This document shows, piece after piece, positions 11,799 to 25,062 of a stretch of 64,000 nucleotides of DNA. Both the position numbers and the translations under genes were made by a program. Origin of the DNA: Lophium mytilinum (Eukaryota); the NCBI GenBank assembly GCA_010093605.1, contig MU004187.1:186001-250000 (forward strand), in the 5' to 3' direction. How positions within the stretch are numbered: the first letter of the stretch is position 1; each line of letters starts with the position of its first letter. The notes under the pieces are model-generated. The model was not told the DNA's origin. It worked only from the letters and a program-made list of their open reading frames with translations, and searched no databases.

Positions 11799-12645
11799 TC
11801 AACCCGTCGCAAGCTTCTTCAAATTGTCCAACGACCCATTAAACGTATCCGCATCCCCCCCATACGCATACCTACACCACATCAGCGTTCTTGCTCTTCC
11901 ACCGCCACAACATGGAAGAACTTACGAGTTACTGTACTGCCAGATAGTCTGATATCCCCACCCTCCCGGAATCGCCCCCGGCGAACTTCCATACCTTGCC
12001 AACACCAACGGCGAGTTCGCCGAAAACGCCTTACTATTTCCCGTGCACGTTGTCCACCAGTCGTTAGTGCTATAGATCATGGGATACCGTCCCGTGAGGC
12101 TGTGGTACTGGTTCACGAAGTCTGTGATCCAAGATACCATGGCCGAGGTCGAGAGCCCGTAGCAGGCGCTCGTGGGTCCGTACTCGATGTCCAGCATACC
12201 TGGGAGAGTTTCGCCATCGCCGGACCAGCCGCCGCCGTGCGCGACGAAGTAGGAGGCTTGGGCTGTGCCAGAGGCGCCGTCCGGGCGAGCGAAATGGTAG
12301 CCACCCCGAATGAAGCCGGCGGCAGTGGCGGCGGTGTAGTGGGAGGAGAAAGAGGGGTCCTGGTATGTGTTTCCTTCCGTGGCCTGGGTATTGTTAGGTT
12401 GTCGAATAGTATCGAGAGGTGAGAAGATCTAGGGAGCATGCCCGTGTCGGACAAGTCGAGAGAGCAGATGTCTCCACACCTTTTTACGCGAAACTTGTCC
12501 ATACCTTGATGATCACAAACCGCGCTCCTGAGCTATATGCAGCCCCGAAATTCACATTGGTCTGGTAGTGCGAGATATCGAACCCCTGGACGACGGCTTC
12601 GGCGACACCAACGCCAACGGCAAGCAATGAGAAAAGAGATTTCAT
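11799..12645 (-). CDS. Secreted GH25 lysozyme (Chalaropsis-type N,O-diacetylmuramidase), 3 exons
   Basis: Signal peptide, then VQGFDISHYQ, IIK|ATEG, GFIRGGYHFA, TLPGMLDIE, TIWQY and last exon YAYGGDADTFNG...LATG*. GT-AG introns at ~12384-12504 and ~11872-11925. Confidence 0.93.
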
Positions 12646-13531
12646 GTCTGCAAGCAGGTTGTTTGTTGAGAAGTGGGTATTGGATTGATTGCAGAGAAGT
12701 AGTGAGCAGTAATAGTTTATCCAATGGCTTTATACAAGTCCGTGGTCCCTGTATAACAGCAGCTAATTCTGTAGCTCCTCCAACACGAAATACAACGTAA
12801 GAGGCGTTCTTTTGTGTGATACGAATGAGTTACTGCGAGGCGGAGTTTGTCCACGTTGTGTTGCAATTGGCTCGTATTCGTGGTCAATATGATGAAGGGG
12901 CGGTCCATTCGCTGGATCATCGTTGAAGCTATCCGGGTCGTACCGCCATGGACATGGTACAAGAAGTGCCATCTTTACGGACCTTCCCGATTGTAGCCAT
13001 TTGTGTGTATAAGCCCCACAGTTAGGCAATGCCTCTGAGCTTCTGTTGGGTGGAGAGACATGAACTATCGCGATGCGGCAGCTAGAAATCACCGTCCGGC
13101 TCTCCGTGTTTCAGCACCCGAATCTGCACTCTGGCCCCTTGTACAGTACTCACGTGATCATGCGCCGATATGGCTGAATTCAGCTCAGGCCCAGCTCACC
13201 TGCGTGCAACCTACATAGGTCTCCACCATTGAACATCAAATCTACCAGCCCACCCCTATGGAAGAGTTTAATCACATGTGAGTACCATAGCTACCTCAAG
13301 CCAACCATTTCCTCTAGGTCGCAACTTTCTGTGAGTTCCTCATTCACCACATATTTCCTCGAGGATATGATTTCTTCTTTTTCTTCTCTGGCAGAAAATC
13401 GGTCTTCATCCCTCTTGTAGGTACTTTTAGGTCACCCAACGTCTACGTCCCTCACGCAAAATGTAGACAAACTGATTGACGTCAAATACCCAACACCTTT
13501 GCCAGGCCATTCGCTAGTGTGGATAAAGACG

Positions 13532-14881
13532 ATGGGGAGTAGTAATCTGCCGATGGACCTGACGCATGTAATCAAAGAACCAGCTCCTTCGTTGGGCAGC
13601 GTCTCGTGGATTGGAGCCGATGATTATGACGAGGGCGACGAGTTCCACGATCGAGCGACCAAATTCTTCGCATCTGTCAAATGGGACGTGCTCGCGTCCC
13701 ATGCATCCACCATTCGCAATGGTATACCCTGTGATTTCGGAGAAAAATTCTCGATTGGCCATTTCAATATGGTTCGACTGATTACTTTTGAAGACGGTAT
13801 CCGATGGATCGCCAGACTGAGGCTGCCGGAGCTGAAGGCCGTCTTTGGTGATCGCGAAGGGCTCGACTATATCAACACCATGAAGGTGGAAATTGCAAGC
13901 ATGAAGTTCCTGAGGTATTATGTCTCCTTTCGGATTATGTTAAGATGACGCTAATTCAAGCCTCTTCCTTAAAGATCAAAAACCTCAATTCCAGTACCAA
14001 CAGTACATGGCTACAGCGTTGATGCGACGATTGATATCGGTGCACCCTATATCTTGATGGACTACATACACGGAACGGTTGCAACTGAGCTCCGGGACGT
14101 AAAAGAATGTGCCGCCTACCCTTCATTTGGCACTCAAGCTCAAGACCGAAAGTTCATGCAGCAGATAGCTGATATCCACGTGCAACTATCCCAAGTCACA
14201 TTTGACCAGGTCGGAGGTCTGTATTACGATGAGAGTACGGATGAGTTTTCCGTTGGCCCAGAACTTGAGACTGGGAGAGGTCCATGGCAGCTCTCAACCG
14301 ACTACTACAGTGCGCTGGCCGACCACGCGCTGAAGGTCTGCGTTGCTGATGCAGACGAAGACGTGCAGTCGAGTGCCTCGCTTTCCCTCCCAGTTCTGTT
14401 TAAGCATCTTATGTCAGTCTATGGTAACGCTGGTGGTACTTTTCGGCTTGCAAATCGCGACTTTGGCGCTCACAATCTTCTTGTGAATGACGACTTTGAT
14501 ATCATTGGAGTCATCGACTTCGACGGCATCATGGCGGCTCCACTCGAAGTAGCCGCGCAGTATCCCACTTTCGCAGGGCTAGACCAGCAGCCTCCTGGTA
14601 ACGTTGAGAACCGGCCAGCCGCGATTGAAACGTACAAAAAATCTGAGATAAGACGCAGAGAGTACAAGGAGATGGTAACATTGTCAGAAGCTAGACTGGG
14701 CATTGCCAGCACGACACAGCCAGCACTCTCAACGTGCTTGGAATCAGATGCTGCGTTCGTCTACCATGGGATGTTCAAGTATGCTGGCCACCAGAAGTTC
14801 GTGAATGACAAGTGGATGGATGGGTACTCTAGGATGCTACGTCAACACATCAAATCTGGGGCATCGAGCTCGAAGCGTTAG
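13532..14881 (+). CDS. APH/phosphotransferase-family (kinase-like) protein, 2 exons
   Basis: GHFNMV..F.DG..WIARL, EIASMKFL|RSKTSIPVP.V.GY, NRDFGAHNLLV and GVIDFD motifs. Intron 13915-13974. Confidence 0.85.
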
Positions 14882-17423
14882 CCAGCTCCGCTGCCTTTTC
14901 ATTTACTAGAGCCACTCATGACGGACGGGTTTCGAAGCATTTTCGAACCTGGTGAGTGGCAGTAAAATGGAAAAGTAATCAAGACCAGATGCGGGGCCAA
15001 AAGAGATTGTATTGATGATGATCGAGAAGCTAAATATTGAGTGTAAGGAAGGAAGGTATACACAAGATGCTGAGCAAGCCTGCTAGAAGCACATCCGTTG
15101 CATCCTTTATTACTCAGCTTGCTTTCTCAGCCTTCACCTTCTAGCTGGACTTTCTCCGCTCCAAAATATATAACAACTCGTTATCACCTCAATGCAACTC
15201 ATGTTTCCCTCACGCATTGCCTCGCATCCATACCCCAGCTGCAAGAACCTTACGAAAATATCTGTAAACCTCTCAACGGGCCTCGTTTCGAAGACTGTTC
15301 AGTCTCTTTTGCAGGAAGACTAACCGACCGGTTCATAAGGTAACGGAGTTGCATTGTATTGTCACTCCCCGTATATAAGTACTCTAGCCGGAATCACGCA
15401 TATAGCCCTCATTCAAAGTCTTATACAAGCATAATCGCCTTCCGTGATCCTTCCACTCCGCGGTTTATACAGCAGGATAGTTTCATATCTATCAAGGTGG
15501 TCGGTGAATTCATATTCCGTATTAACTTTAGGTTAGAGGATGCAGTATATAATTGCCCTCTTTAACTATGAAACTTCCGTGGTATCTACTTTGTGTTGTT
15601 TAGTGAGTCATAGTGTTAGGCATTCGATCCAGGTCCAATGATCTTAAGACGGAATGACTACGTAGACGGACATATTACTAAGACGGTACGGGAAGTTCCT
15701 GACATGCTTGGCTTCGATTTTGCTCACTTGATACCACTGTAGGGGGTAGCCTGGTTGCGAAGCAGCTGACTAGTCAAGAGACAGGCTAACCTGTGCTGCT
15801 TGAAACTCGACCTCGCCCTTGGTACTTCGAAATCCTCGGGGGTTCTTCAAGCAGTGGTGAACTAGTGTGCCTAAACTTAAGGCCTTTCGCTGTACATACC
15901 TGGTCATCACAGGGACACCAACGAGAGCATAAAGCCCCTGAATACGAATCAACTAGCAAGAATTTTAGCTTGTGATTAGATGAACGTTGAGTATTCTCTT
16001 GCGGAGGATCCCTTGGGATAAAAATAGCATTGTACTCGATAGGTAAACTATATCTGGAGTGGCCATTCTTGGCCCGTGCGCAATCCACTACACGGCTTTT
16101 CAAACTTCCACCTCATCGAACGCGTCTTCCATCACTAGAACCAAAAGTCACGCACTACAGGCCCAGCAAACTCTGCCGCTATCCCTGCCGCCGGTCGCAG
16201 CATTTGCGAAGTGGTTACTCCGACTGTCATCGGCCAGGGAAAGCTTGAGCAAGCATCAATTTCTCAGCCTCGCGCGGGCGATGTCATCCCCTTTCCATCA
16301 AGCGTCAGATCTAACGGAATCCGGGGTGCCGGGCTTCGTCACTACTTGAACTATTCCCACGCAAAGCACTATGACTACATGTAGCAAACAAGCAATTGGA
16401 CGATCGTACAGCTTGCGCTTGATAACTACTCTAGAGTCGCATTTTGCACAGCTGACTTCCCCGCTTCCTATATCCTATGGCACAAGTACTGAACATGTAA
16501 AAGAAAGCCAGGAATTAAGGGTTTCAACATTCTACTATCTCGGCAAGCTTGGTAATCTTTGAATCTCGAGGTCTTCATCTTTCTGACAACGGTCGACGAG
16601 GAACGAAATGCATGCGTTTGTTTTCATTTCCTTTTCTCTAGACGACTTGTGTATTGGACGGTACCTAGAATCATGGTTGCGTTGTCATGTCACTTAATCT
16701 CCATGTGGGTCTTTTGATCATACACCAAAGATGAAATCCGTCTATATTACAGGCGCCTGTTAATCTTCATCGTTATAAACTTTTTCTCAAAGTCAACCTT
16801 CTTCCATCATGGTGGTGATTATCACCTTTTCTTTGTGATAATCTCCTAACAATATCCAGCAAATGTCATGAGAGAACACCATGAGCGTAGTCGTGGTACC
16901 AGTTTTCTATCCCACCATAAGATTTTGTTGCTGTACAGTTTTCATAGCTTCGAAGGGCATTGTACTTGAGGGCTTTCATTCGTACAAGCTTCTTATATCT
17001 ACCCAACGGCAGTGATCTTGCGGGTGTAGCGTGCTGCACGCTGTGCACGTGAGTCCCAACTCCACGATGCTCTCGAGAATTGTTAGAGCAAAGCCGTCAT
17101 CGTGCATTTTTCAATCCTTAACATCCGGCCACCAGCCTTTACCACCCGCATGCACCTGCATTCACACGCTTAAACTCCCAATCAAGTATTATAATTCACC
17201 GAATCCGGGGATGGTGATTCTCGCAGTCTCCGTATAAATATCTCCATTTTTCCTAAACCTCAAACCAGTTTTCCCATCACCACCTTATCACTCTACCCCA
17301 CACCACCCACAATTCTTAACCACCAAACACACCTTCCCAATTACAAACTCTACTCAGCGCTTCAAAGACACTTGGTGCTAACTCACTTCAGTCAAGCAGA
17401 CGCTTGTCTTACGCTGCAAAACA

Positions 17424-19558
17424 ATGGCTCCTAAGAGAAAGGCCAGAAGCGACGAAGACGAAAATCCAATTGAGCACTACTACCAGAGCCTGCCTGCTTC
17501 GAAGTCTCGGAAGACAAAAGGCGAGACGTCGGCATCGTCCCGTGCTCTACATGAGTTATCGCCCAAGGTCTATAACTCCCGGCTTGCTATTCAACAGGCT
17601 AGCTGCTACGGCAACAAAATCTTAGACCTGGAAGAGCCACCTACAACGTCTAGCAACCAGCTCGGCGTCACAGCTCGGGAACCGCCCAGGCTAAATGCAA
17701 ATGTCTCTACTCTCGAGGTTCAACGGACGGAGGAAGCTCATTACGGTCAAAGCGAAGCAAACTTCATTCAGCACGTTATAGCCAACCCTGGTCGGGATAC
17801 AGCGTCCACCGCATCCAGCACAACACCGACCACGGAATCTCTCATAGCTACTCATTCACGCGGTGTTGCATCGGACACTGGCCATTCCGCACTCGATCCA
17901 CAGGCTATTGGTGCGGAATCCCAGATTCGAGCACGAGTACCCGGAGATCTCCCAGCCTTTGGCTCCCACTTCGCGGATAGTGGCGCGGCAGACCAATGGC
18001 GAGCGGCCAATGTCGTGAGAATACCATCTATCGACCCTGACGAGGATCCAACGCTCGAATCAGTTCATGCAGAATCACTAAAGTGGGTTGAGCTGATGTA
18101 CAAAATGATAACCAATCGAGAAAATATCGGAGACAACATCAAGAGCGACACGTACAAGAAGTATGAACGCCTTGCGCGCATATCATCTGAGAATACAGAG
18201 GCAGCCTGCCATTACGTTATGGTAAGTCTCCCTTCCACCAACATAGGAAAGAGCACGAGGAGCTAACGATTCAATAGCGGGAAGTATTTACTGTTTGTCA
18301 CTTAGGGTTCTTGCTGGGGGATCCAAACATGGACATGGCTAAGCCACGGAAAGGCAAGAAAGACGGATGGTCTCCGACGGAGAATCCTCACGAGTTTGAA
18401 AAGATTGCAGACGATGAACTCCAATGCTTTATGCGGATGATAAAGATCTGTTACGCGCTGAAGGTATGTAGGCACATGCTGCTACTCTTGCACATTGTCT
18501 TCTTTGCATGCTAACTTTGTGTTCAGCACGAGAAGACCATTTGCGCTGAGGTCCTGAGTGGAGGATTTGGCGACAGACTCGTAAGGCAATTTGTCAACGC
18601 ACCTATCGAATGGCGTCGTGTACGTTCTTCCTTCCCATAACTGATATCACAAAGTGGCATACTTTGCTAATCACTGATGTAGAGGAAAGGCAACAACCGT
18701 CATGGCAACGACGGAAAAGCAGAGAAATCAGTTCAACGAGCAGAAAAGCGCATAGAACAAAAGCGCGCTGCAGAACAAGCAAAGAAGCTTGCAGCTGCCT
18801 CAGGTCAGGGGGCCACTAATGTTGACACCGATGTCACTTCTACGAAGAAGAATGCCAGCGATGCGAGCAAGGCACGTGCATCGAAGAAGCTTGAGCCGCC
18901 AATGAACAGCATAGTCAAAGAGGCATTCGCTCTTGGGATCACGATTCCGGACCTATACGTCGGACTTCTGATTGATGAAGAGGAGGAGGAAGAGGAGCAG
19001 CATGTGCCACTACAATCTCCAGCGACTGCTTCAACTCAGCCTCTATGGTGGCTCGGCGAAGCGATTGAGTACAGTTTCGTTGACAACGTTGGCCCATCCG
19101 ACACTCACCAACCTGAACCTACTCCAGAGGCTTCGAACCAACAACCGGCCGCACCAAAGAAGCGGGCGAGGAGATCCGCAGTGGTGTCAGACCCTCCTAA
19201 GCGGAGGGCAAAAGAATCTAAGACTCCAGGGCAAGAACCTGCTGCTCCAGACACACTTCTGGAGATGCCAGCCCAGCAAGCTCTCCCCAGCTCTACCGAG
19301 AAGTATACTGTTCCTTACAGCTATCAGACCCAGTGGCAGATGGGATCTCCACGAAGCCTCCAGTCGGCGGAAGTATCTTTCGATCACCAGCTACTTCCTA
19401 TCGCGGGCTACCAGAACCAGTTACAGCCTGGGCCATATGACCAATTCCCACCTGCTAGAAACTATCAAGTTCAACCGCCATTCTCTCCCGCAGAACCCAC
19501 AGAGCAACAGCTCCTGGATGCTCACGGTCAAGCACAGGTCGAGGAATGCGATCCTTAG
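17424..19558 (+). CDS. Uncharacterised family protein, paralog A (4 exons)
   Basis: Removing GT-AG introns 18222-18277, 18464-18526 and 18620-18682 gives a continuous frame to TAG at 19558. Homologous to paralogs B and C. Confidence 0.85.
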
Positions 19559-20876
19559 ATACAAGGAATTGATACCACTGTCCGCGTTGACTCCAACGAT
19601 TGGCCGAGGCACGGTATTTCGAGCACGTGGATGGAGCCATTCTGGTTCGACCCAAATAACGCGTGATGTTTCAACGGAGCAAGGTCCAGGGATGGGTCAG
19701 AAAGGCGCTACTGACACTCGATCTTGATTTTCTTTGGTGAGCGAAATTAAGACTCTTTCATACGATTGCGGGAGTTTCGATCATACGGGAGTATTTGTAT
19801 AAGAAAAGATACCTAGGGTTAGAGTGTGTCTTGGCCACATGGGGTTGATGAGACCCTCGACTGCCTTATTCTACATCTACCTATGTCTCTAATAAAAGTG
19901 CTTATAATGAATGAAATTGGTCTGCCTACGCTCCTATTCTATTGTCTCGCAGTACAACGAATTGCTGGAAATAATCCACTTTGAACTCGCCAGCCGATGA
20001 ACACACCACACTGATATATAATTATAATAGATGTGTGGTCAAAGGTTGACTTTATGCAAGGCTGGCGCGTGATATAGCCAACACTAAGACTTATCCGGCT
20101 TAGTCTGTGCCCAACCGCGTACCTTGCAGCGCACCCACCTCCTTTCTCCAGGCTTTTTCGTCGATCCCTCACTCTCCAAAGCAATCCCTCCCAGTGCATA
20201 TCCTCATTTTATTCTCACGGTTGAAACCGGTTTCTCCGCCTGCCCGAATTTTGTTGGGCAGCCTTGCTGAGATGTCACCGTCTTCCACGCAGGATTTTTC
20301 ACGTCGACCTCGAAATTAGCGCCTTTTAGAAACTTATGTACTCGTAGTATCTTACCAAACGCCCAACAGGCGCCCACTGATAGTCGATGGCACAAGGAAA
20401 GGCGCATGCGTTCACTCATCCGGAGCAAACCTTCGCATCGCCATAATTATGTGGGGTTGTTCCAGCGCCCTGGCTGATTGAACGCCGATCATAGCGGCCC
20501 TATTTCCAAAAGGCCCCTAGTCAAGAGCAGAAATGTGAAGAGCTTGCTCAACTAGGATGATCATCCCTAGATATTGTTACCCGAAGAATAGAGACTGGGA
20601 TATACGAAAAGGTTAACCAAAATAAGGTGGCCAACCTTACCTGCCGCCGTGATCGGCCATTATGTGCATCTATATAGGTTTAATAAAGGGGGGTGTCAGC
20701 ACCAGCCCACAAGACTACATAACCATGTATATCCGCGATGGAATGCGCCGAGATAAGTAGTCCTCTAAAACCTCACTTTCGTTCCTGTTGCTCCCCGAAA
20801 TAGTCACCTACAGTCTCTACTTATCATCCTCGTCTATCTTTTTAATCGCGACCTTTCTTTTGCACAACTTGAAGAC

Positions 20877-22067
20877 ATGGGAATCGGCGACCAAACCGCC
20901 CTCCAGTGGGTATTCCCTCCTGGAAATGACCATGAAACTAGCGACGTCGCAGCGAATTTTGGTCCTGTATATGTTCAAGACTCGATTAAAATCGAGTATA
21001 CTCCGGCGGACCAGCCCGCTCAGATCGTATTAGCGTGCGGTTTTAGCGGCGATGCCCAAGGTCAGTACGTATCAACAATACAGCTCTATGACGCCTGGAA
21101 CATCATAGTTGACTTTGATCTAGCATCTGTTATCGAAACTAGAAGTGCCTCCAAGTCGCCATACTTCTGGAATCTGCTCAAGCCCGCTGGAAACGGAAAT
21201 GGCGCATGCCATTTCGCATTCTCTTCAGCATCAGCAGGGAATGGAGATTACTGGGTATACATGTCCGCTAAATCTGACCACATCACTGTCTGGAGCGATC
21301 TCTCTGTGGCTACTGTTGGTACTGCTGCAACAGCTCTGACGCATCCAAGTCAGACTTCATCGGCGGTTGCAAGCAGTGCAGCATCTACTACTTCGTCGAC
21401 ACTCTTGGTCGCTGCCCAAGCGGCGGTATCTTCGAATAGCAGGCCGACAACAATCGTCACAAGTACAACACATTCTTCCATCACCAGGTTAGCACTAGAT
21501 ACATCCAGACCATCAGCTTCGGAAGCTTCAGAATTGGCACTAGCAACAGTCACACCTGCTGCGTCAAGTGGTTCAGCCTCGACCGCAGCACCCACCACGG
21601 CAGACAAGCCCTCTGCAAATCACACAGCTCTTGGCATCGGTGTGACTGCCGCGGTCCTCGCCATCATAGCCTTCGTACTCGGTCTATTCTTGTTTTTCAA
21701 AAAGCGAGGCAGGGATAACTTCATATCCCTACCTGACGAGCCTCTTCCCGACACAAAAGCTACAATATCACGACCTCTGGCCACGAAAAACGTCGGATAC
21801 GGAATTGAGATGGTACCCCAAGAAAAGAGCTGGATGTATGATCGATATACGCAAGGGGCGCAGCGGGTAGGAGACAACGCGCCCCCGAAGGCTGTTGTAG
21901 CGCCGGAGAGTAACGTAGTCTCGAAAAATCCCTACTCAGCGGCTATGATGTATCAAGAGAAACCATACCCACAACTTCCTGAGTCGGGAGGACAGCCGCG
22001 ATCAGCGCCAGCACCACCGCCAAAAGATGCGTCGGAAATGCCAGAACAACCCGCGCAGCCGTTTTGA
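20877..22067 (+). CDS. Ser/Thr-rich single-pass membrane protein (Mid2/Wsc-like architecture)
   Basis: 396-aa ORF with an S/T/A-rich stalk and TM ALGIGVTAAVLAIIAFVLGLFLFF followed by KKR. Confidence 0.75.
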   Translation: MGIGDQTALQWVFPPGNDHETSDVAANFGPVYVQDSIKIEYTPADQPAQIVLACGFSGDAQGQYVSTIQLYDAWNIIVDFDLASVIETRSASKSPYFWNLLKPAGNGNGACHFAFSSASAGNGDYWVYMSAKSDHITVWSDLSVATVGTAATALTHPSQTSSAVASSAASTTSSTLLVAAQAAVSSNSRPTTIVTSTTHSSITRLALDTSRPSASEASELALATVTPAASSGSASTAAPTTADKPSANHTALGIGVTAAVLAIIAFVLGLFLFFKKRGRDNFISLPDEPLPDTKATISRPLATKNVGYGIEMVPQEKSWMYDRYTQGAQRVGDNAPPKAVVAPESNVVSKNPYSAAMMYQEKPYPQLPESGGQPRSAPAPPPKDASEMPEQPAQPF

Positions 22068-22849
22068 GGGCATCGAAGCGAGTTGACGTAATATGAGAAG
22101 CGAATTTACGGTGAAAAGAGATCCTGATCATTGTGGCGGGTTGGATGTTTATTGTGATACCTCTTTCTCTACTGTCGGTAATGTTTAAACCTCGTTATAG
22201 CGTAGACGTCTTCACTCTCAAACGATCTATGAGGTCGAGCAAATCGCTAGTTCGCAGCGGCGGTAATTCTATTGTAGATGCACTAGTCATTGATGGGACG
22301 GGCAGCACGTGCATGACTCGTGCAACACCGGCTTCATGGCGGGGTCCCCGCATCTTACCTCCCACAACTCAACGCCATGATATCTTGCATATTTCCTCGT
22401 TTGCTATATTCTCCAAACTCTAATAGACCCGCGTTCACACAAGAAGACTTACCTTCCCCGCGCACGATACAAGATCAACGCTGGCATTATGTTATCGGTC
22501 TTCGGCCCCTCCCAATCCTTGGCTTTGTCCCCAATCCACGCTATAAGCTACGCTTTACCAGTTTCGATACAATAAGCCCTAGTATTGGAGGCCTCCAAGC
22601 CAAAAGCAGTCGATGACATGACGGAATGGCTGCTATACACACCGATACCCCACGTACTACTCCACTTCTCATGCGGCTCTGTGCCTTGGAACATGGCAAT
22701 TAAGAACCCGATTCTTCAAATCCTTATCATACCTCTAGCTCTTCTGTGATTCTCCAGATCACAATCGACGTCCTATAACATTTGATTAAGGCCCTGGAGG
22801 TGATATTCTGTCGCTAGCTATCGTCACGACTAGTGGAAGAGTTCACATC

Positions 22850-24907
22850 ATGGTCTTCCAAGGCTTAAGGCTATCTCTCCTGCCACTTCTCTTTTCTTCA
22901 TTCGTGGGATCCGATTCTATCTCGTTTGATGTCAACTCATATGGCAATGATGATCCCACGCCCTTCCAGACGTATCTTTCGAACCAAGACGTGAAGCCAC
23001 CGGAGCTTCTTGTGACGAAGAATTCTTCTGGACTTTCTGACGGCTTTGTTTTCATCGGCGTAGATGGAAAACCGACCTCAGGCCAGAACAATCCTGTCAT
23101 CTATGGTCAGAAATACGCGTACGCTAAATCGAACATCACCTAATAGTTCTCCAGAAATGTCAAACAAAAGGCTCGGCTCTCTCATCTGGACAGGCAACTA
23201 CACCGAACCCTTTGATTTCAAAACGCAAATGTATAAGGGGAAGCCACATCTGACAATGTGGGTAGGGGAACTCCTCAATGGTAAAGCTAAGCTGTGAGCC
23301 AAGGTAGAAGATTGACTGACTGAATTATGAGGCTATGGACACGGATCTTACTACATCCTTAATCAATCCTATTCAGAAGTCGCGCATTTCTCGCCCGTCG
23401 GATATCCTGATCTTGGAGACCTTCACGAGTTCACTATTACCAAGGATGATACCGCTTTAGTAACTACCTACGTCGCCAAGCCATGGGACCTGACCGAGTT
23501 TGGTGGCCCGGCAGATGGCTGGATTTTTGAAGGTCTTTTCCAAGAGATTCATATCGAAACGAACGTAAGCTTGGGGGTCCGAATGTTTCTTCTATCACTC
23601 GACTAAGTGACTTACAGCAACTCATCTTCCAATGGAATTCCACAAGTCACGTGGGGTTGAACGAAACCTACAATGAACTATCTGGCACTGGCTCCGAAGG
23701 CTCTCCATTCGACTGGTTCCACATCAACTCCGTCGAAAAGGACGCGAACGGAGACTATCTTGTCTCTGGCAGGGTCATGGATTGCCTGTATAAGATTTCC
23801 GGTAAAGACGGAAGCATCATTTGGCGGCTCCATGGGAAGCAATCAGATTTCGAAGTTGAAGATGCTGCAAATTTCGCGTTCCAGCATGACGCTCGTTGGG
23901 TTGATGATGTAAAGCAAGATCAAATTACTATCTTTGACAACGGCCCTACTGATACCGTCGGATACTCTCGGGGACTTCTACTCGCTGTCGACCAGACTGC
24001 GAAGACAGTCCGACTCATGCGGGAGTTCACCAATGGGGTAAAGACGTTTGCCCAGTTTGAAGGAAGCTTACAGGCCATTGATCCTGGCAACGAGAACACG
24101 AACTACTTCCTGGGCTTTGGTGCTCAACCTTTCTTTTCCGAGTTGAACTCTGACGGAGAAATCCTATTAGACGTCCAGTTCGGCAAAACCAATGCCGTAA
24201 ACTCCTACAGAGCTTACAGACTCCCTTGGGTGGGAATGCCCCTTACCAATCCCGACATATACTATAATCTCGATGCAAAGAAGGTCGCTATATCGTGGAA
24301 CGGCGCAACTGAGGTTGAGCAATGGGTGAGATTCTCTCATGTCTACAAGAAAAAGCGTCCTAGCTTACGCTTCTAGACTATCTACACATCCTCAGATCTC
24401 CAAACCTCCGCCTGGCGGGTCCTTAAAACTGTCGACCGCACCGGCTTTGAAACCTCAGTCGATCTCTCAGATACCTCACCCGCAACCTACGTCCGCGCCA
24501 AAGCAGTCGACGTAAACGGCCAGCCGCTAGGATGGACAGACGCTGCAGATGGAAAATCCCTGTTTCCGGCCAAAACTCCAGATGCCGCGGAGTCTAGTAG
24601 CTCTATTGTGGTCAGCTCCTCTACGATATCGTCGATGAACAGCTCCTCTACGATGCTGTCGATGAACAGCACGTCAGCGAGTATAATCATTATTATGAGC
24701 ACGAATAGCACATCTGCGCGTATGACTATGACGAGCTCAACAGTTACAAAGATTTTTTCTGCAACGAGTACCTCAGCGGAAGTATCGATATCGCCCACCG
24801 GGACGGCTGCTGCAGCTTCGCCTACAAAGACTGGGACTGCTTGGAAGGCGGAGTCACCCAAGGTAGCGATTGTGGTGTTTTTGGTAGCTTTGGTCGTTGC
24901 GCTTTGA
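22850..24907 (+). CDS. Secreted arylsulfotransferase (ASST)-like protein with S/T-rich tail and probable GPI signal, multi-exon
   Basis: Signal peptide; DLHEF, DWFHINSVEKD, FAFQHDARW, SYRAYR and SWNGATEV motifs; hydrophobic C-terminus; several GT-AG introns. Confidence 0.85.
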
Positions 24908-25062
24908 GTAATGAGATTGATGTGTGATAGACCTTAAGAAATGAGATTTGAGCAAGGCTGTGCATAAGGGCATGTCCACCTCAACACGGTTTCACAGCTT
25001 CAGGCCCTGGTTTGAGCCCCCCTGGACTCAACTTGCATCAAATCAGCGTATCTTTCCATGCA

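Noticed and set aside
15050..17050. Possible decayed gene relics (TpA-rich patch near 15.4-15.6 kb, short ORFs)
   Set aside because: No recognisable motif or consistent reading frame.
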